Part shown: positions 1 to 7,903 of the stretch, piece by piece
Numbering within the stretch: position 1 is the stretch's first letter
Layout of the letters: each line of letters opens with the position of its first letter
DNA from: Acidimicrobiales bacterium
GTDB taxonomy: Bacteria; Actinomycetota; Acidimicrobiia; Acidimicrobiales; Bog-793
Reading direction: 5' to 3'
Assembly (NCBI GenBank): GCA_035294085.1
Contig: DATGLP010000006.1
Coordinates: 77,413-141,412, forward strand
Length of the DNA: 64,000 nucleotides
Position numbers and translations under genes: made by a program
The notes under the pieces: model-generated
Database searches by the model: none
What the model was told of the DNA's origin: nothing
What the model saw: the letters and a program-made list of their open reading frames with translations, nothing else

Positions 1-67
1 TGAGCTGGTCGAGGACCACCGCGCCGCCGAAGCGCTTCGACAGCTTGTCGACTGCCAGCCTCGGCAT
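1..67 (-). CDS. ABC transporter ATP-binding protein, N-terminal fragment (continues beyond window start)
   Basis: The reverse complement of 1-67 starts with ATG (65-67) and reads MPRLAVDKLSKRFGGAVVLDQL. This is the typical N-terminus of LivG/LivF-type ABC ATPases. It lies directly downstream of the binding-protein gene on the same strand. Confidence 0.5.
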   Translation of the reverse strand, partial: MPRLAVDKLSKRFGGAVVLDQL

Positions 68-137
68 GAGCTCGAGCCTTTCCGCCGAGCGGCGCCGCTC
101 GGCTTCGAGCCGAACGGCGCCGCTGCGGACTGCGGTG

Positions 138-1382
138 CTAGGGAAGCGGTGCGACAAGTCTCGCCGTCGCGACGCTCGGTGGCCAGACCGGCCGCTGCAG
201 GGAGCCGACGGTCTGGGTCACGATCTCGTGGAAGGGCGGCGTGCCGTTCCGCAGCAGCCTGAAGCTTCCCACGACCGTGTGGACCACGTGGCTCAGGAGC
301 CACGCCCGGATCTTCGCCTGGTTGAACGAGTGGGTGCCGACGACGCCCTGCTGGAGCATCTGCAAGATCGCGTAGGCGGTCAGGTCGTAGTTCGGCATCA
401 CCCGCTCACCACGCCGGCGGGCGAACGCCTGCAGGGTGGCCATCCCCGGGAAGTGCTGGGTCGGCCAGGCGACGTCGGTCCCGAGCACGCCGTTCGTGGC
501 CGCGCCGAGCGAGGGCCAGTTCGGCAGCGTGGTGACCTGCGAGCCGCACATGCACTCGATCATCGGCCGCCACCCGACAACCTTCACGGTCTTCGCGATG
601 AGGTCCGAGTCGTCCGGCAGGCCGAGCACGATGAGCGCCTGGGCGCCGGAGGCCTTCGCCTGCTCGATCGTCGAGGTGAAGTCGGTCGTCGACGCCGGGT
701 ACTCCTGGTCGAAGACCACCTTCATGTGGTTCTGACGGGCGAAGTTCAGCGCGCCACCGACGCCCTGGTAGCCGTTCTGGGCCACGATCGTGAACGGGTT
801 CTGCGCCGTGAGGATCGCGATCTTCTTCGGCCGCTTCGAGGCCGGCATGCGCTGCATGAGCCGGAAGACGCCGAGCGGGTAGTCAGGCTCCTGGTAGGTG
901 TAGGAGCCGACCATCCACCCGTTGTCCTGGTTGAAGTACTGGACCCCGACGAAGCCCCCGTTGAAGAGGATCTTCCCGGCCGCCTTGGCGATCGGGACGA
1001 TGGGTGCGCCGACGTAGGTCGTGTACGGGGCCAGCAGGAAGTCGACGTGGTCCTGGCTGATCAGCGTCTGGTACTCCGCCGCGGCCGTCGACGGCTGGCT
1101 GTTGTCGTTCAGGATGGTGATGCGCACCGGGTGGCCGAGGAGGCCGCCGTGCGCGTTGATCTGGCTCTGCCAGAGCTGGTAGACGGCCCGGTACTCGGCG
1201 GACGGCTCGCTGAACGCGCCCGTGATGCCGAGCGTGCCGCCGATGGTGATCGGCGTCTTCGTGCTCCGGTGCGTCCTCGGCGTGCCCGCGAAGGCCCCGG
1301 TCGCGAAGCCCGTCGCCAGCAGCACCCCCGCACCCAGCACCGATGCCGCGATGCGGACGCCTCGTCGTCTGAGCTGTCTCAT
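138..1382 (-). CDS. ABC transporter substrate-binding protein, branched-chain amino acid/amide (LivJ/LivK-like) family
   Basis: ORF 138..1448, with the start trimmed to the in-frame MRQLRRRGVRIAASVLGAGVLLATGF signal-like N-terminus. The body (ITIGGTLGITGAFSEPSAEYRAVYQLWQSQINAHGGLLGHPVRITILNDNSQP...) is typical of type I periplasmic binding proteins of Leu/Ile/Val type. Confidence 0.85.
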   Translation of the reverse strand: MRQLRRRGVRIAASVLGAGVLLATGFATGAFAGTPRTHRSTKTPITIGGTLGITGAFSEPSAEYRAVYQLWQSQINAHGGLLGHPVRITILNDNSQPSTAAAEYQTLISQDHVDFLLAPYTTYVGAPIVPIAKAAGKILFNGGFVGVQYFNQDNGWMVGSYTYQEPDYPLGVFRLMQRMPASKRPKKIAILTAQNPFTIVAQNGYQGVGGALNFARQNHMKVVFDQEYPASTTDFTSTIEQAKASGAQALIVLGLPDDSDLIAKTVKVVGWRPMIECMCGSQVTTLPNWPSLGAATNGVLGTDVAWPTQHFPGMATLQAFARRRGERVMPNYDLTAYAILQMLQQGVVGTHSFNQAKIRAWLLSHVVHTVVGSFRLLRNGTPPFHEIVTQTVGSLQRPVWPPSVATARLVAPLP

Positions 1383-1539
1383 CACTACCCCCCTTCCTCT
1401 GCCGGCGCCTTGCCGGCTCTCCTGGGCACCGAGGCCCCCTGCTGACACCGCACGAGCGCTCCTCGCTCGCGCTCCCTGCTCGCCGAAAGGTCCCTCCTCG
1501 CTCGTAGATGTCCGCTCTCGGCCGCCGCCAAGCGCGCCG

Positions 1540-2790
1540 CTAGTAGGCGTTGGCGACGAAGAGCTCCTCCGCCGGGAACAACGTGATGACCTGCGGACCG
1601 TTGTCGGTCACCACGATCTCCTCCTCGATCCGGGCGGCCGAGTGCCCGTCCGAGGCCGGGCAGTAGGTCTCGAGGGCGAAGACCATCCCCGCCTTGATCT
1701 CCATCGGGTGCTCGAGGGAGTTGAGGCGGCTGATGATCGGCCGCTCGTGGAGGGCCAGGCCGAGCCCGTGACCGAAGAGCAGCCCGAAGGCCTCGCGTTC
1801 GGAGGCGAGACCGATCTCCTCGGCAGTCGGCCAGCTCCTCGCGATCTGGTCGGTCGTCACGCCCGGCTTGATCATCTCGATCGCACCGTCCATCCACTCG
1901 CGGGCTCGCTTGTAGGCGTCCCGCTGCGCCTGGGTCGAGTAGCCGACCGAGAAGCACCGGTAGTAGCAGGTCCGGTAGCCGTTGAAGGCGTGCATGACGT
2001 CGAAGAAGGCCTGCTCGCCCGGGCGGATCATGCGGTCGGAGAAGTTGTGCGGATGGGGGACGCAGCGCTCGCCCGACACGGCGTTCACCGACTCGACGTC
2101 GTCGGAGCCCATCCGGTAGAGGGTGTCGTTGACGAGCGCCACGATCTCGTTCTCGCGCACGCCCGGCTTCAGGGCTTCGGCGACGAGCTGGTACGCGCCG
2201 TCCACCATGGCAGCAGCGCGAGACAGCAGCATGATCTCGTCGGGCGACTTGATCTGGCGAGCGTCGAGCATCACCTGCTGGCCGTCGCGCACCTCGATGC
2301 CGGCGCGCTGCAACGCGAAGATCGTCGGTGCGTCAACGATGTCGATGCCGATCGGCATGTCGGCGACGCCTGCCTGCCGCAGCGTGTCGAGGATCTCGCT
2401 CACGGCGAGGTCCGCGAGCCCGACCTCGGGGCCGACGGCACCCCGCATCGTCGTCCACGCGGCGCGGGAGTTCTCCGGCCGAAGCCACGGCGAGTACAGC
2501 CGGTGGTGGACCGCGGCCGAGCCGAAGTCCCACAGGACCGGCTCGGCGTTGCGCGCGAGCACCACGTAGCGACTCAGCTTGTCGCGCGTCCACTCCCCGA
2601 TCGCCGTGCTCGTGATGTAGCGAATGTTGTTGAGGTCGAAGCAGAGCAGCGCGCCCAGCTCAGAGCGCTCCAGTGCTTCGCGCGCCCGGCCGAGCCGGTA
2701 CTCGTGGAGGCGTCGGAAGTCGACCCGCTGCTCGAAGTCGACCGCCATCGCGCCCGGTGCAGGCGCTGCGCTCATGCCGGTGCGGCTCAT
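1540..2790 (-). CDS. M24-family protein (Xaa-Pro dipeptidase/creatinase-like)
   Basis: ORF 1540..2841. It shows a creatinase/prolidase N-domain and a pita-bread C-domain (GHGLGLALHERP, ALETY, ARIEEEIVVTDNG). I place the start at ATG 2790 (MSRTGMS...) because a GGAG lies 8 nt upstream. ATG 2841 is also possible. Confidence 0.85.
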   Translation of the reverse strand: MSRTGMSAAPAPGAMAVDFEQRVDFRRLHEYRLGRAREALERSELGALLCFDLNNIRYITSTAIGEWTRDKLSRYVVLARNAEPVLWDFGSAAVHHRLYSPWLRPENSRAAWTTMRGAVGPEVGLADLAVSEILDTLRQAGVADMPIGIDIVDAPTIFALQRAGIEVRDGQQVMLDARQIKSPDEIMLLSRAAAMVDGAYQLVAEALKPGVRENEIVALVNDTLYRMGSDDVESVNAVSGERCVPHPHNFSDRMIRPGEQAFFDVMHAFNGYRTCYYRCFSVGYSTQAQRDAYKRAREWMDGAIEMIKPGVTTDQIARSWPTAEEIGLASEREAFGLLFGHGLGLALHERPIISRLNSLEHPMEIKAGMVFALETYCPASDGHSAARIEEEIVVTDNGPQVITLFPAEELFVANAY

Positions 2791-3058
2791 CGATTGCGCT
2801 CCATACGATCCTCTACTTTCCCAGGTAGGAGGCATTGCCATCGCACTGCCTCAGCCAGGCACCCCTTCCCCCGCAGGCCACACGACCAGCGCCTCAGTCA
2901 TTCCCCCTGCTCACGGCGCTGCTGCCTTGATCCCAAACCTTTGCGTAACCATCGTGCGTCAGCACGCCCGCGCTGTCAAGAGGGGGCAGGGGGTCGAGAG
3001 AGGGGGGCAGGGGGCCGCCCGCCGGAGCGGCCGGCCACAACGGCCTGGGGGCCGCCGT

Positions 3059-4096
3059 TCAGCCGACCCGCGCCTCGACGGTCCTGACTGGCGCGGTCGA
3101 GCGCCGGACCACGAGCTCCGGGGGCAGCGCCACGCGGGGAGCCGGCGTGCCGGGCTTGTCGAGCAGGGAGAGCGCGAGCTCGGCGGCGAGCCGGCCGAGG
3201 TGGAACGAGGGCAGGCGAATGGTCGTGAGCGGCGGGCTGAGGTGGTCCGCGAGCACCATGTCGTCGTAGCCCACGATCGAGATGTCGTCCGGGCAGCGCA
3301 GGCCCGCCTCGGCGAACGCGTCGATCGCCCCCGCAGCGAGCAGGTCGTTGTGCGCGAACACCGCCGTCGGGAGCTCCGCCGCCTCCTCGACGAGCTCGCA
3401 GGCGAGCCGGTAGCCCTCCTCGATGCCGGGCACCCGGGCCGCTCCCTCGCTGCGGAGCTCGACGATGCCGGCCTCCTTGAGGCCGGCACGGAAGCCTGCA
3501 CGCCGCTGCACGAACGACGAGACGTCGCGAGCGCCGCCGATCTCCGCGACCCGCCGGTGGCCGAGCGACACGAGGTGGCGCGCGGCGAGGAGCCCGCCCT
3601 CGAAGTCGTCGTGCGCGACCGTCGGGAGCCGGGTACCCGGCAGCGTCCTCACGGCGAGGATCACCGGGAGGAACTGGGCGGCCTTCGTGATCGCCGGCTC
3701 GTCGCCGAAGCGCGCCGCCGTGACGATGATGGCGTCGGCGCGCCGGCCGACGAGGTGGTCGAGCGCGCGCTCGAGGCGCTTCGAGGAGTCGTGCGTCTCC
3801 GCGACGAGCGGCATGAGGCCGGCCTCCTCGAGGGACACCTCGACGCCGCGCAGGACCGGCGCGTTGTAGAGGTGCTCGAAGTCGGTGATGACGACGCCGA
3901 TCGTGCCCGTGCGCCCCTGGCGCAACCCTCGTGCCACGACGTTCGGGCGGTACCCGAGGGCAGTCGCAGCCTCGAGCACCTTGAGACGAGTTGCCTCGCT
4001 CACCTCGCGCGAGATCGTCGGGCTGAGCGCTCGCGAGGCGGTCGAGGGATGGACGTTCGCCAGCTTCGCGACCTCGAAGAGCGTGACCTTTGCCAC
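3059..4096 (-). CDS. LacI-family transcriptional regulator
   Basis: The C-terminal 345 aa of ORF 3059..4669, starting at GTG 4096 (VAKVTLFEVAKLANVHPSTASRALS = LacI-type HTH). A periplasmic-binding-fold effector domain follows (IGVVITDF..., AVFAHNDLLAAGAIDAF..., SIVGYDD). The upstream part of the long ORF is Arg/Pro-rich and looks non-coding. Confidence 0.9.
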   Translation of the reverse strand: MAKVTLFEVAKLANVHPSTASRALSPTISREVSEATRLKVLEAATALGYRPNVVARGLRQGRTGTIGVVITDFEHLYNAPVLRGVEVSLEEAGLMPLVAETHDSSKRLERALDHLVGRRADAIIVTAARFGDEPAITKAAQFLPVILAVRTLPGTRLPTVAHDDFEGGLLAARHLVSLGHRRVAEIGGARDVSSFVQRRAGFRAGLKEAGIVELRSEGAARVPGIEEGYRLACELVEEAAELPTAVFAHNDLLAAGAIDAFAEAGLRCPDDISIVGYDDMVLADHLSPPLTTIRLPSFHLGRLAAELALSLLDKPGTPAPRVALPPELVVRRSTAPVRTVEARVG

Positions 4097-5299
4097 CTCA
4101 GCCGCCCAACTCCGTCCGGCGGGCACTCGCCGCCTGCGCCTCGAGCGCGACCTCCCGCCGCCGAACGCCTCTCGAGCAACCCACGGCTGCACTCTATCGA
4201 GCCCGCCGAGGCGCTCCCGGAGGTCTGCTGCGCGAACCGCTCGCTCGCGGCGAGGGGGGCCCGTCAGCCGGAACCTCGCATCGCCGCCCTCCGCCGCGTG
4301 CGCACCCGAGCCCGGCGCCGTCGGGCGCGGCGTCGCGACACGCACGCGGAGCGACTCGGAGCGCGCAACCTGCGCCGACACGCCGGCCGAGGCAGCGGTT
4401 CCCGGCACTGCCCACCTTCGAGCGGCGGACGGTCCCGATCCTCCCGCCAGATCCGTGCGCGGGCGGCCGCTGCTGCCTCGCTCGTTGCGCTCGCTCCGAT
4501 GGCACCCCGACGGGGGTTCGCCAGCCGTGGCCGGGGCGGAGCACGCCGGCTCACCCGCAAGGAGTCGCGACGCGGGCGCACTGGAGTGCCACAGGAACTG
4601 CAAGATTCGTTGGCTCTCCACCGGCGCGCCGACGGTCGGCCGAGCTGGTCGGTCAGCTCGCCTGCCCACCCGGCGCCGCGGACCCGGCAGCGCCGGGATC
4701 GCACGGGGCCCTCGACGAGGCGCGTGGCGGGGCGCACCCCAACCTCCGGGCCATCCGGCGGCACCTCCGCAGCCACCCGGTTGCAGCGCGCTGGGCGACG
4801 CGCGGGCTCGCTGACACCGCCGCTGCTCGCACTCGAGGACAGCGGCGGGCTCGTCCTTCGACGGTGGCTGCAGCGATGACTCGTGGCAGACCGGCGCGGC
4901 GCGGCGGTCGCAGACGGGCCAGCCTCACGCGAGAGCACGCCGGAATCGTGACGGCGACCAGGTCGCCCCGTCCGTGACGGCAGCGTCTGGCGGACAGGAG
5001 GAGCTCTGCCCCGAGCAGGCGCGTCGCCCGGTGGGGGCGGCGGTCAAGCCCGCAGCGACGCCACACGCGTGGACGCGAGGCTGGCCGCCTGCCCCGTCGG
5101 CCGCCGCCGCGAGCAGCGCGCATCACGAGCGGCGGGCACGGCGGGGACCCGGCCTCGTGCCCGGCGACCCGGCCGCCCCGCCTGGGCGCTCGGCCCCGCT
5201 GGGACCGCCATGGCTCGCAGCCGGCTCTCGCCGGCAACGGGTGCAGCCCTCCGGCTGGACGCGGCGGCGGGGCAGCGTGCCGAAACGCCGCCACCTGCC

Positions 5300-5375
5300 T
5301 GGCAGCCCCAACGGGATTCGAACCCGTGTCTCCACCTTGAGAGGGTGGTGTCCTCGGCCTCTAGACGATGGGGCC
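5300..5375 (-). tRNA. tRNA-Glu (anticodon CTC), CCA encoded
   Basis: The reverse complement is GGCCCCATCGTCTAGAGGCCGAGGACACCACCCTCTCAAGGTGGAGACACGGGTTCGAATCCCGTTGGGGCTGCCA. It folds by hand into a cloverleaf with a 7-bp acceptor, anticodon stem CCACC/GGTGG, anticodon loop CT-CTC-AA and T-arm ACGGG-TTCGAAT-CCCGT. Confidence 0.9.
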
Positions 5376-5444
5376 ACGTCGCGCTCGGGCCGAGGGCCTT
5401 CGCCAACCGGCCGGATCCTAGCGTGGCGCGTGCGCCACGCTCAG

Positions 5445-5516
5445 CTCGGGGGGGAGGACTCGAACCCCCAATAACAGGGCCAGAACCTGTCGTGTTGCCG
5501 ATTACACCACCCCCGA
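5445..5516 (-). tRNA. tRNA-Gln (anticodon CTG), CCA not encoded
   Basis: The reverse complement is TCGGGGGTGGTGTAATCGGCAACACGACAGGTTCTGGCCCTGTTATTGGGGGTTCGAGTCCTCCCCCCCGAG. It has acceptor TCGGGGG/CCCCCGA with the U1-A72 pair typical of bacterial tRNA-Gln, anticodon stem ACAGG/CCTGT, loop TT-CTG-GC and T-loop TTCGAGT. Confidence 0.85.
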
Positions 5517-5564
5517 AGGCGTGCCCGCCGATCCTAACAGCCGCGCACGGCCGGCCGTCTCTGC

Positions 5565-6188
5565 TCAGGGCGCCGCCCAGGAGACCCGCCCGTAGCCGAT
5601 GATCCTGCCGGCCGCCACCGCGGTCGCCTGTCGCCAGAGCGGGCCGGACTCCGCGAGGAGGCTCCGTTCCGACCCCGTCGCCGGCGACACCTCGGGGTCG
5701 AGGCCCGCGCCGGCGGCGAGCCCCTTCGCGAAGAGCGCGTCGATGGCGTCGGTCACGAGGACGACGCGGGCGTGGGCCCCGAGCAGCTGGGCGGCCTGCG
5801 CGAGCCCGGAGGCAGCGCCCCCGGTGCGCAGCGCGCGCAGCGCGGAGGGCGAGACGCCCTCGCCGAGGAGCCAGGCGCGTCCGGCGTCCGCGGCCGAGGG
5901 TGCCCCGGGCGGCGAGTCGGCATCGGTGAGGAGGATTTGCGGCGCCCGGTGCGCCCGGTAGAGGGCGAGGGCCTGCCCGAGTCGGGCGGTGAGGTCGGGG
6001 CCCGGCTCTCTGCCGACGAGCGGCGCGCCGAGCACCACGATCGCCGAGGCGGGGTCGACCGCGTCGGCAGCCGACGGCAGGTGGGAGGCCTCGACCACCT
6101 GGACGCCCGAGACGACGACGTAGACCGCCGCGGCGAGGATCGCGAGGCGCAGGATCCGCAGCGCGAGCTTGACGGGCGCGAGGAGCAC
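5565..6188 (-). CDS. Membrane-anchored YdcF/DUF218-like protein
   Basis: The C-terminal 207 aa of the composite ORF 5565..8042, starting at GTG 6188, 12 nt after the gltX stop. The N-terminal TM segment is LALRILRLAILAAAVYVVVSGV. The following IVVLGAP...LYRAHRAPQILLT...VVLVTDAIDALFA pattern loosely resembles DUF218. Confidence 0.55.
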   Translation of the reverse strand: MLLAPVKLALRILRLAILAAAVYVVVSGVQVVEASHLPSAADAVDPASAIVVLGAPLVGREPGPDLTARLGQALALYRAHRAPQILLTDADSPPGAPSAADAGRAWLLGEGVSPSALRALRTGGAASGLAQAAQLLGAHARVVLVTDAIDALFAKGLAAGAGLDPEVSPATGSERSLLAESGPLWRQATAVAAGRIIGYGRVSWAAP

Positions 6189-6199
6189 CGGGCACCCGG

Positions 6200-7606
6200 C
6201 TACGCGGCGGGCCGCTCGGCCGCCGCGATGGCCGCGTCGACACGCGCGAGGACGCGCTCGCGCCCGAGCGCCTCGAGCGACTCGAACAGCGGCAGGCCGA
6301 CGGTCCGGCCCATCGTGGCAACCCTGATCGGCGCCTGCGCCTTGGCGAGGGGACGACCCGCCGCCTCGCCGAGCGAGCGCACGACCGCCTTCAGCGAATC
6401 GGCGTCGAAGGGGCACTCGGCGAAGCGCGCCCGCGCCTCGCGCAGGATCTCGAGGGCGCCGTCGTCGGCCCGGACGGCCCGGTCGAAGGAGGCCTCGTCC
6501 CACGCGAACGGCTCGGCGAACAGGAAGGCGACGAGCGCGGGGATCTCCGAGAGGACCGCGACGCGCTCTTGCACGAGAGGCGCAACCCGGACGAAGACGT
6601 CCTCTCGGTAGCGATCGGGCGGGAACCAGGCGTTCGCCGACTCGAGGAACGGCCGCGCCCGCTCGATGAACTCCGGGAGGTCGAGCGACCGGATGTACAC
6701 GCCGTTGAAGTGGGCGAGGCGCTTCTCGTCGAAGAAGGCGGGCGATCGGTTGACGTCCTCGAGGCGGAAGCGCTCGATGAGCTCCTCGAGGCTGAAGATC
6801 TCGCGGTCCTCCCCCGGTCCCCAGCCGAGGAGGGCGAGGTAGTTCCGCATCGCCTCCGGTAGGTAGCCGAGGGCGCGGTAGTCCTCGACGGCGACCCGGT
6901 CGCGTCGCTTGGAGAGCTTCTGGCGCCGCTCGTTGACGAGGACCGGCAGGTGGGCGAAGGCGGGCAGCTCGCCACCACCGAGCGCCTGCCAGAGGAGGAC
7001 CGCCTTCGGCGTCGTCGGCAGGTGCTCCTCGGCGCGGATCACGTGGGTGATGGCCATGTCGATGTCGTCGACGACGACGGCGAGGACGAAGAGCGGGTCC
7101 CCGTTCGACTTGACGAGGACGAAGTCCTCGATGGTCGCGTTGTCGAAGTCGACCCTCCCGCGCACGATGTCGTGCACGCTCGTCACGCCGGTGTCGGGCA
7201 CCTTGAAGCGCAGCACCCTGCCAGGTCCGGGCTCGAGGTGGCGGTCCCGGCAGAAGCCGTCGTAGCCAGGGACCGCGTTGCCCCTCGTGCGGGCCTCGAC
7301 CGCCTCCCGCGTGCAGTCGCACGCGTAGGCGTGGCCGCGCGCGACGAGCTGACGGGCAGCCGCGTCGTAGAGGTGCCGCCGCTCGGACTGGTAGTAGGGC
7401 CCCTCGTCCCAGGTGATCCCGAGCCAGGAGAGGGCGGCGAGGATCGGCGCCGTGAACGCCTCGTCGCTGCGGCTCCGGTCGGTGTCCTCGATCCGGAGGA
7501 TGAACGATCCCCCGACGCGGCGCGCGAAGAGCCAGTTGTACAGGGCCGTGCGGGCGCCGCCGACGTGGAAGTACCCGGTGGGGGACGGTGCGAAGCGGAC
7601 CCGCAC
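6200..7606 (-). CDS. gltX: Glutamate--tRNA ligase
   Basis: In-frame GTG 7606 gives VRVRFAPSPTGYFHVGGARTALYNWLFARR (HIGH motif as HVGG), then ILRIEDTD and the KMSKS-type KLSKRR. The product is 468 aa. The longer ORF 6200..7888 overlaps the ferredoxin gene. Confidence 0.93.
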   Translation of the reverse strand: MRVRFAPSPTGYFHVGGARTALYNWLFARRVGGSFILRIEDTDRSRSDEAFTAPILAALSWLGITWDEGPYYQSERRHLYDAAARQLVARGHAYACDCTREAVEARTRGNAVPGYDGFCRDRHLEPGPGRVLRFKVPDTGVTSVHDIVRGRVDFDNATIEDFVLVKSNGDPLFVLAVVVDDIDMAITHVIRAEEHLPTTPKAVLLWQALGGGELPAFAHLPVLVNERRQKLSKRRDRVAVEDYRALGYLPEAMRNYLALLGWGPGEDREIFSLEELIERFRLEDVNRSPAFFDEKRLAHFNGVYIRSLDLPEFIERARPFLESANAWFPPDRYREDVFVRVAPLVQERVAVLSEIPALVAFLFAEPFAWDEASFDRAVRADDGALEILREARARFAECPFDADSLKAVVRSLGEAAGRPLAKAQAPIRVATMGRTVGLPLFESLEALGRERVLARVDAAIAAAERPAA

Positions 7607-7620
7607 CGCGCCCGGCGCCC

Positions 7621-7812
7621 TCACCCCTCGATCGAGATCGCCTGCGTCGGGCAGGAGCGCACGGCCTGCTCGACGAGGGAGCGGGCGTCCTCGCCCGGCG
7701 TCTCGTCCAGGACGTACATGTAGCCGTCGTCGCGGATCTCGAACAGGTCGGGGGCGATCCCCACGCAGACTCCGTTGGACATGCAGCGTTCGTAGTCGAC
7801 GACGATGCGCAT
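7621..7812 (-). CDS. Small ferredoxin (single-cluster Fdx type)
   Basis: 63-aa ORF MRIVVDYERCMSNGVCVGIAPDLFEIRDDGYMYV...AVRSCPTQAISIEG. It carries the C-x(4-5)-C...CP pattern of small actinobacterial 3Fe-4S/4Fe-4S ferredoxins. Its stop lies 15 nt before the gltX start. Confidence 0.85.
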   Translation of the reverse strand: MRIVVDYERCMSNGVCVGIAPDLFEIRDDGYMYVLDETPGEDARSLVEQAVRSCPTQAISIEG

Positions 7813-7903
7813 CGAGGCCTCCCCGCAGCGGATGTGACGTCCGAAGCGTAGCGACGCACGCAGGCCGCGAGCAGCGGGGCAGCCCCAACTACCGTGGAGG
7901 GCC

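Noticed and set aside
4090-5294. ORFs in the LacI-tRNA gap: 4090..4977 (+), 4264..4938 (-), 4653..5294 (-), and the tails of 3885..4814 and 2624..4879.
   Set aside because: All are extremely Arg/Pro/Ser/Ala-rich. Third positions are noticeably less G/C-biased than in real genes here, about 75% in the stretch I counted. The preferred frame shifts between adjacent blocks. I therefore treat the region as non-coding or decayed.
4097-5299. A possible housekeeping ncRNA (RNase P RNA, tmRNA, SRP RNA, 6C RNA) in the gap.
   Set aside because: I searched by eye on both strands for GGAAAGTCC-type RNase P boxes, a tmRNA tRNA-like 3' end with a tag ORF, and paired C-rich 6C loops, and found none. This is not exhaustive. 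A covariance-model scan is needed.
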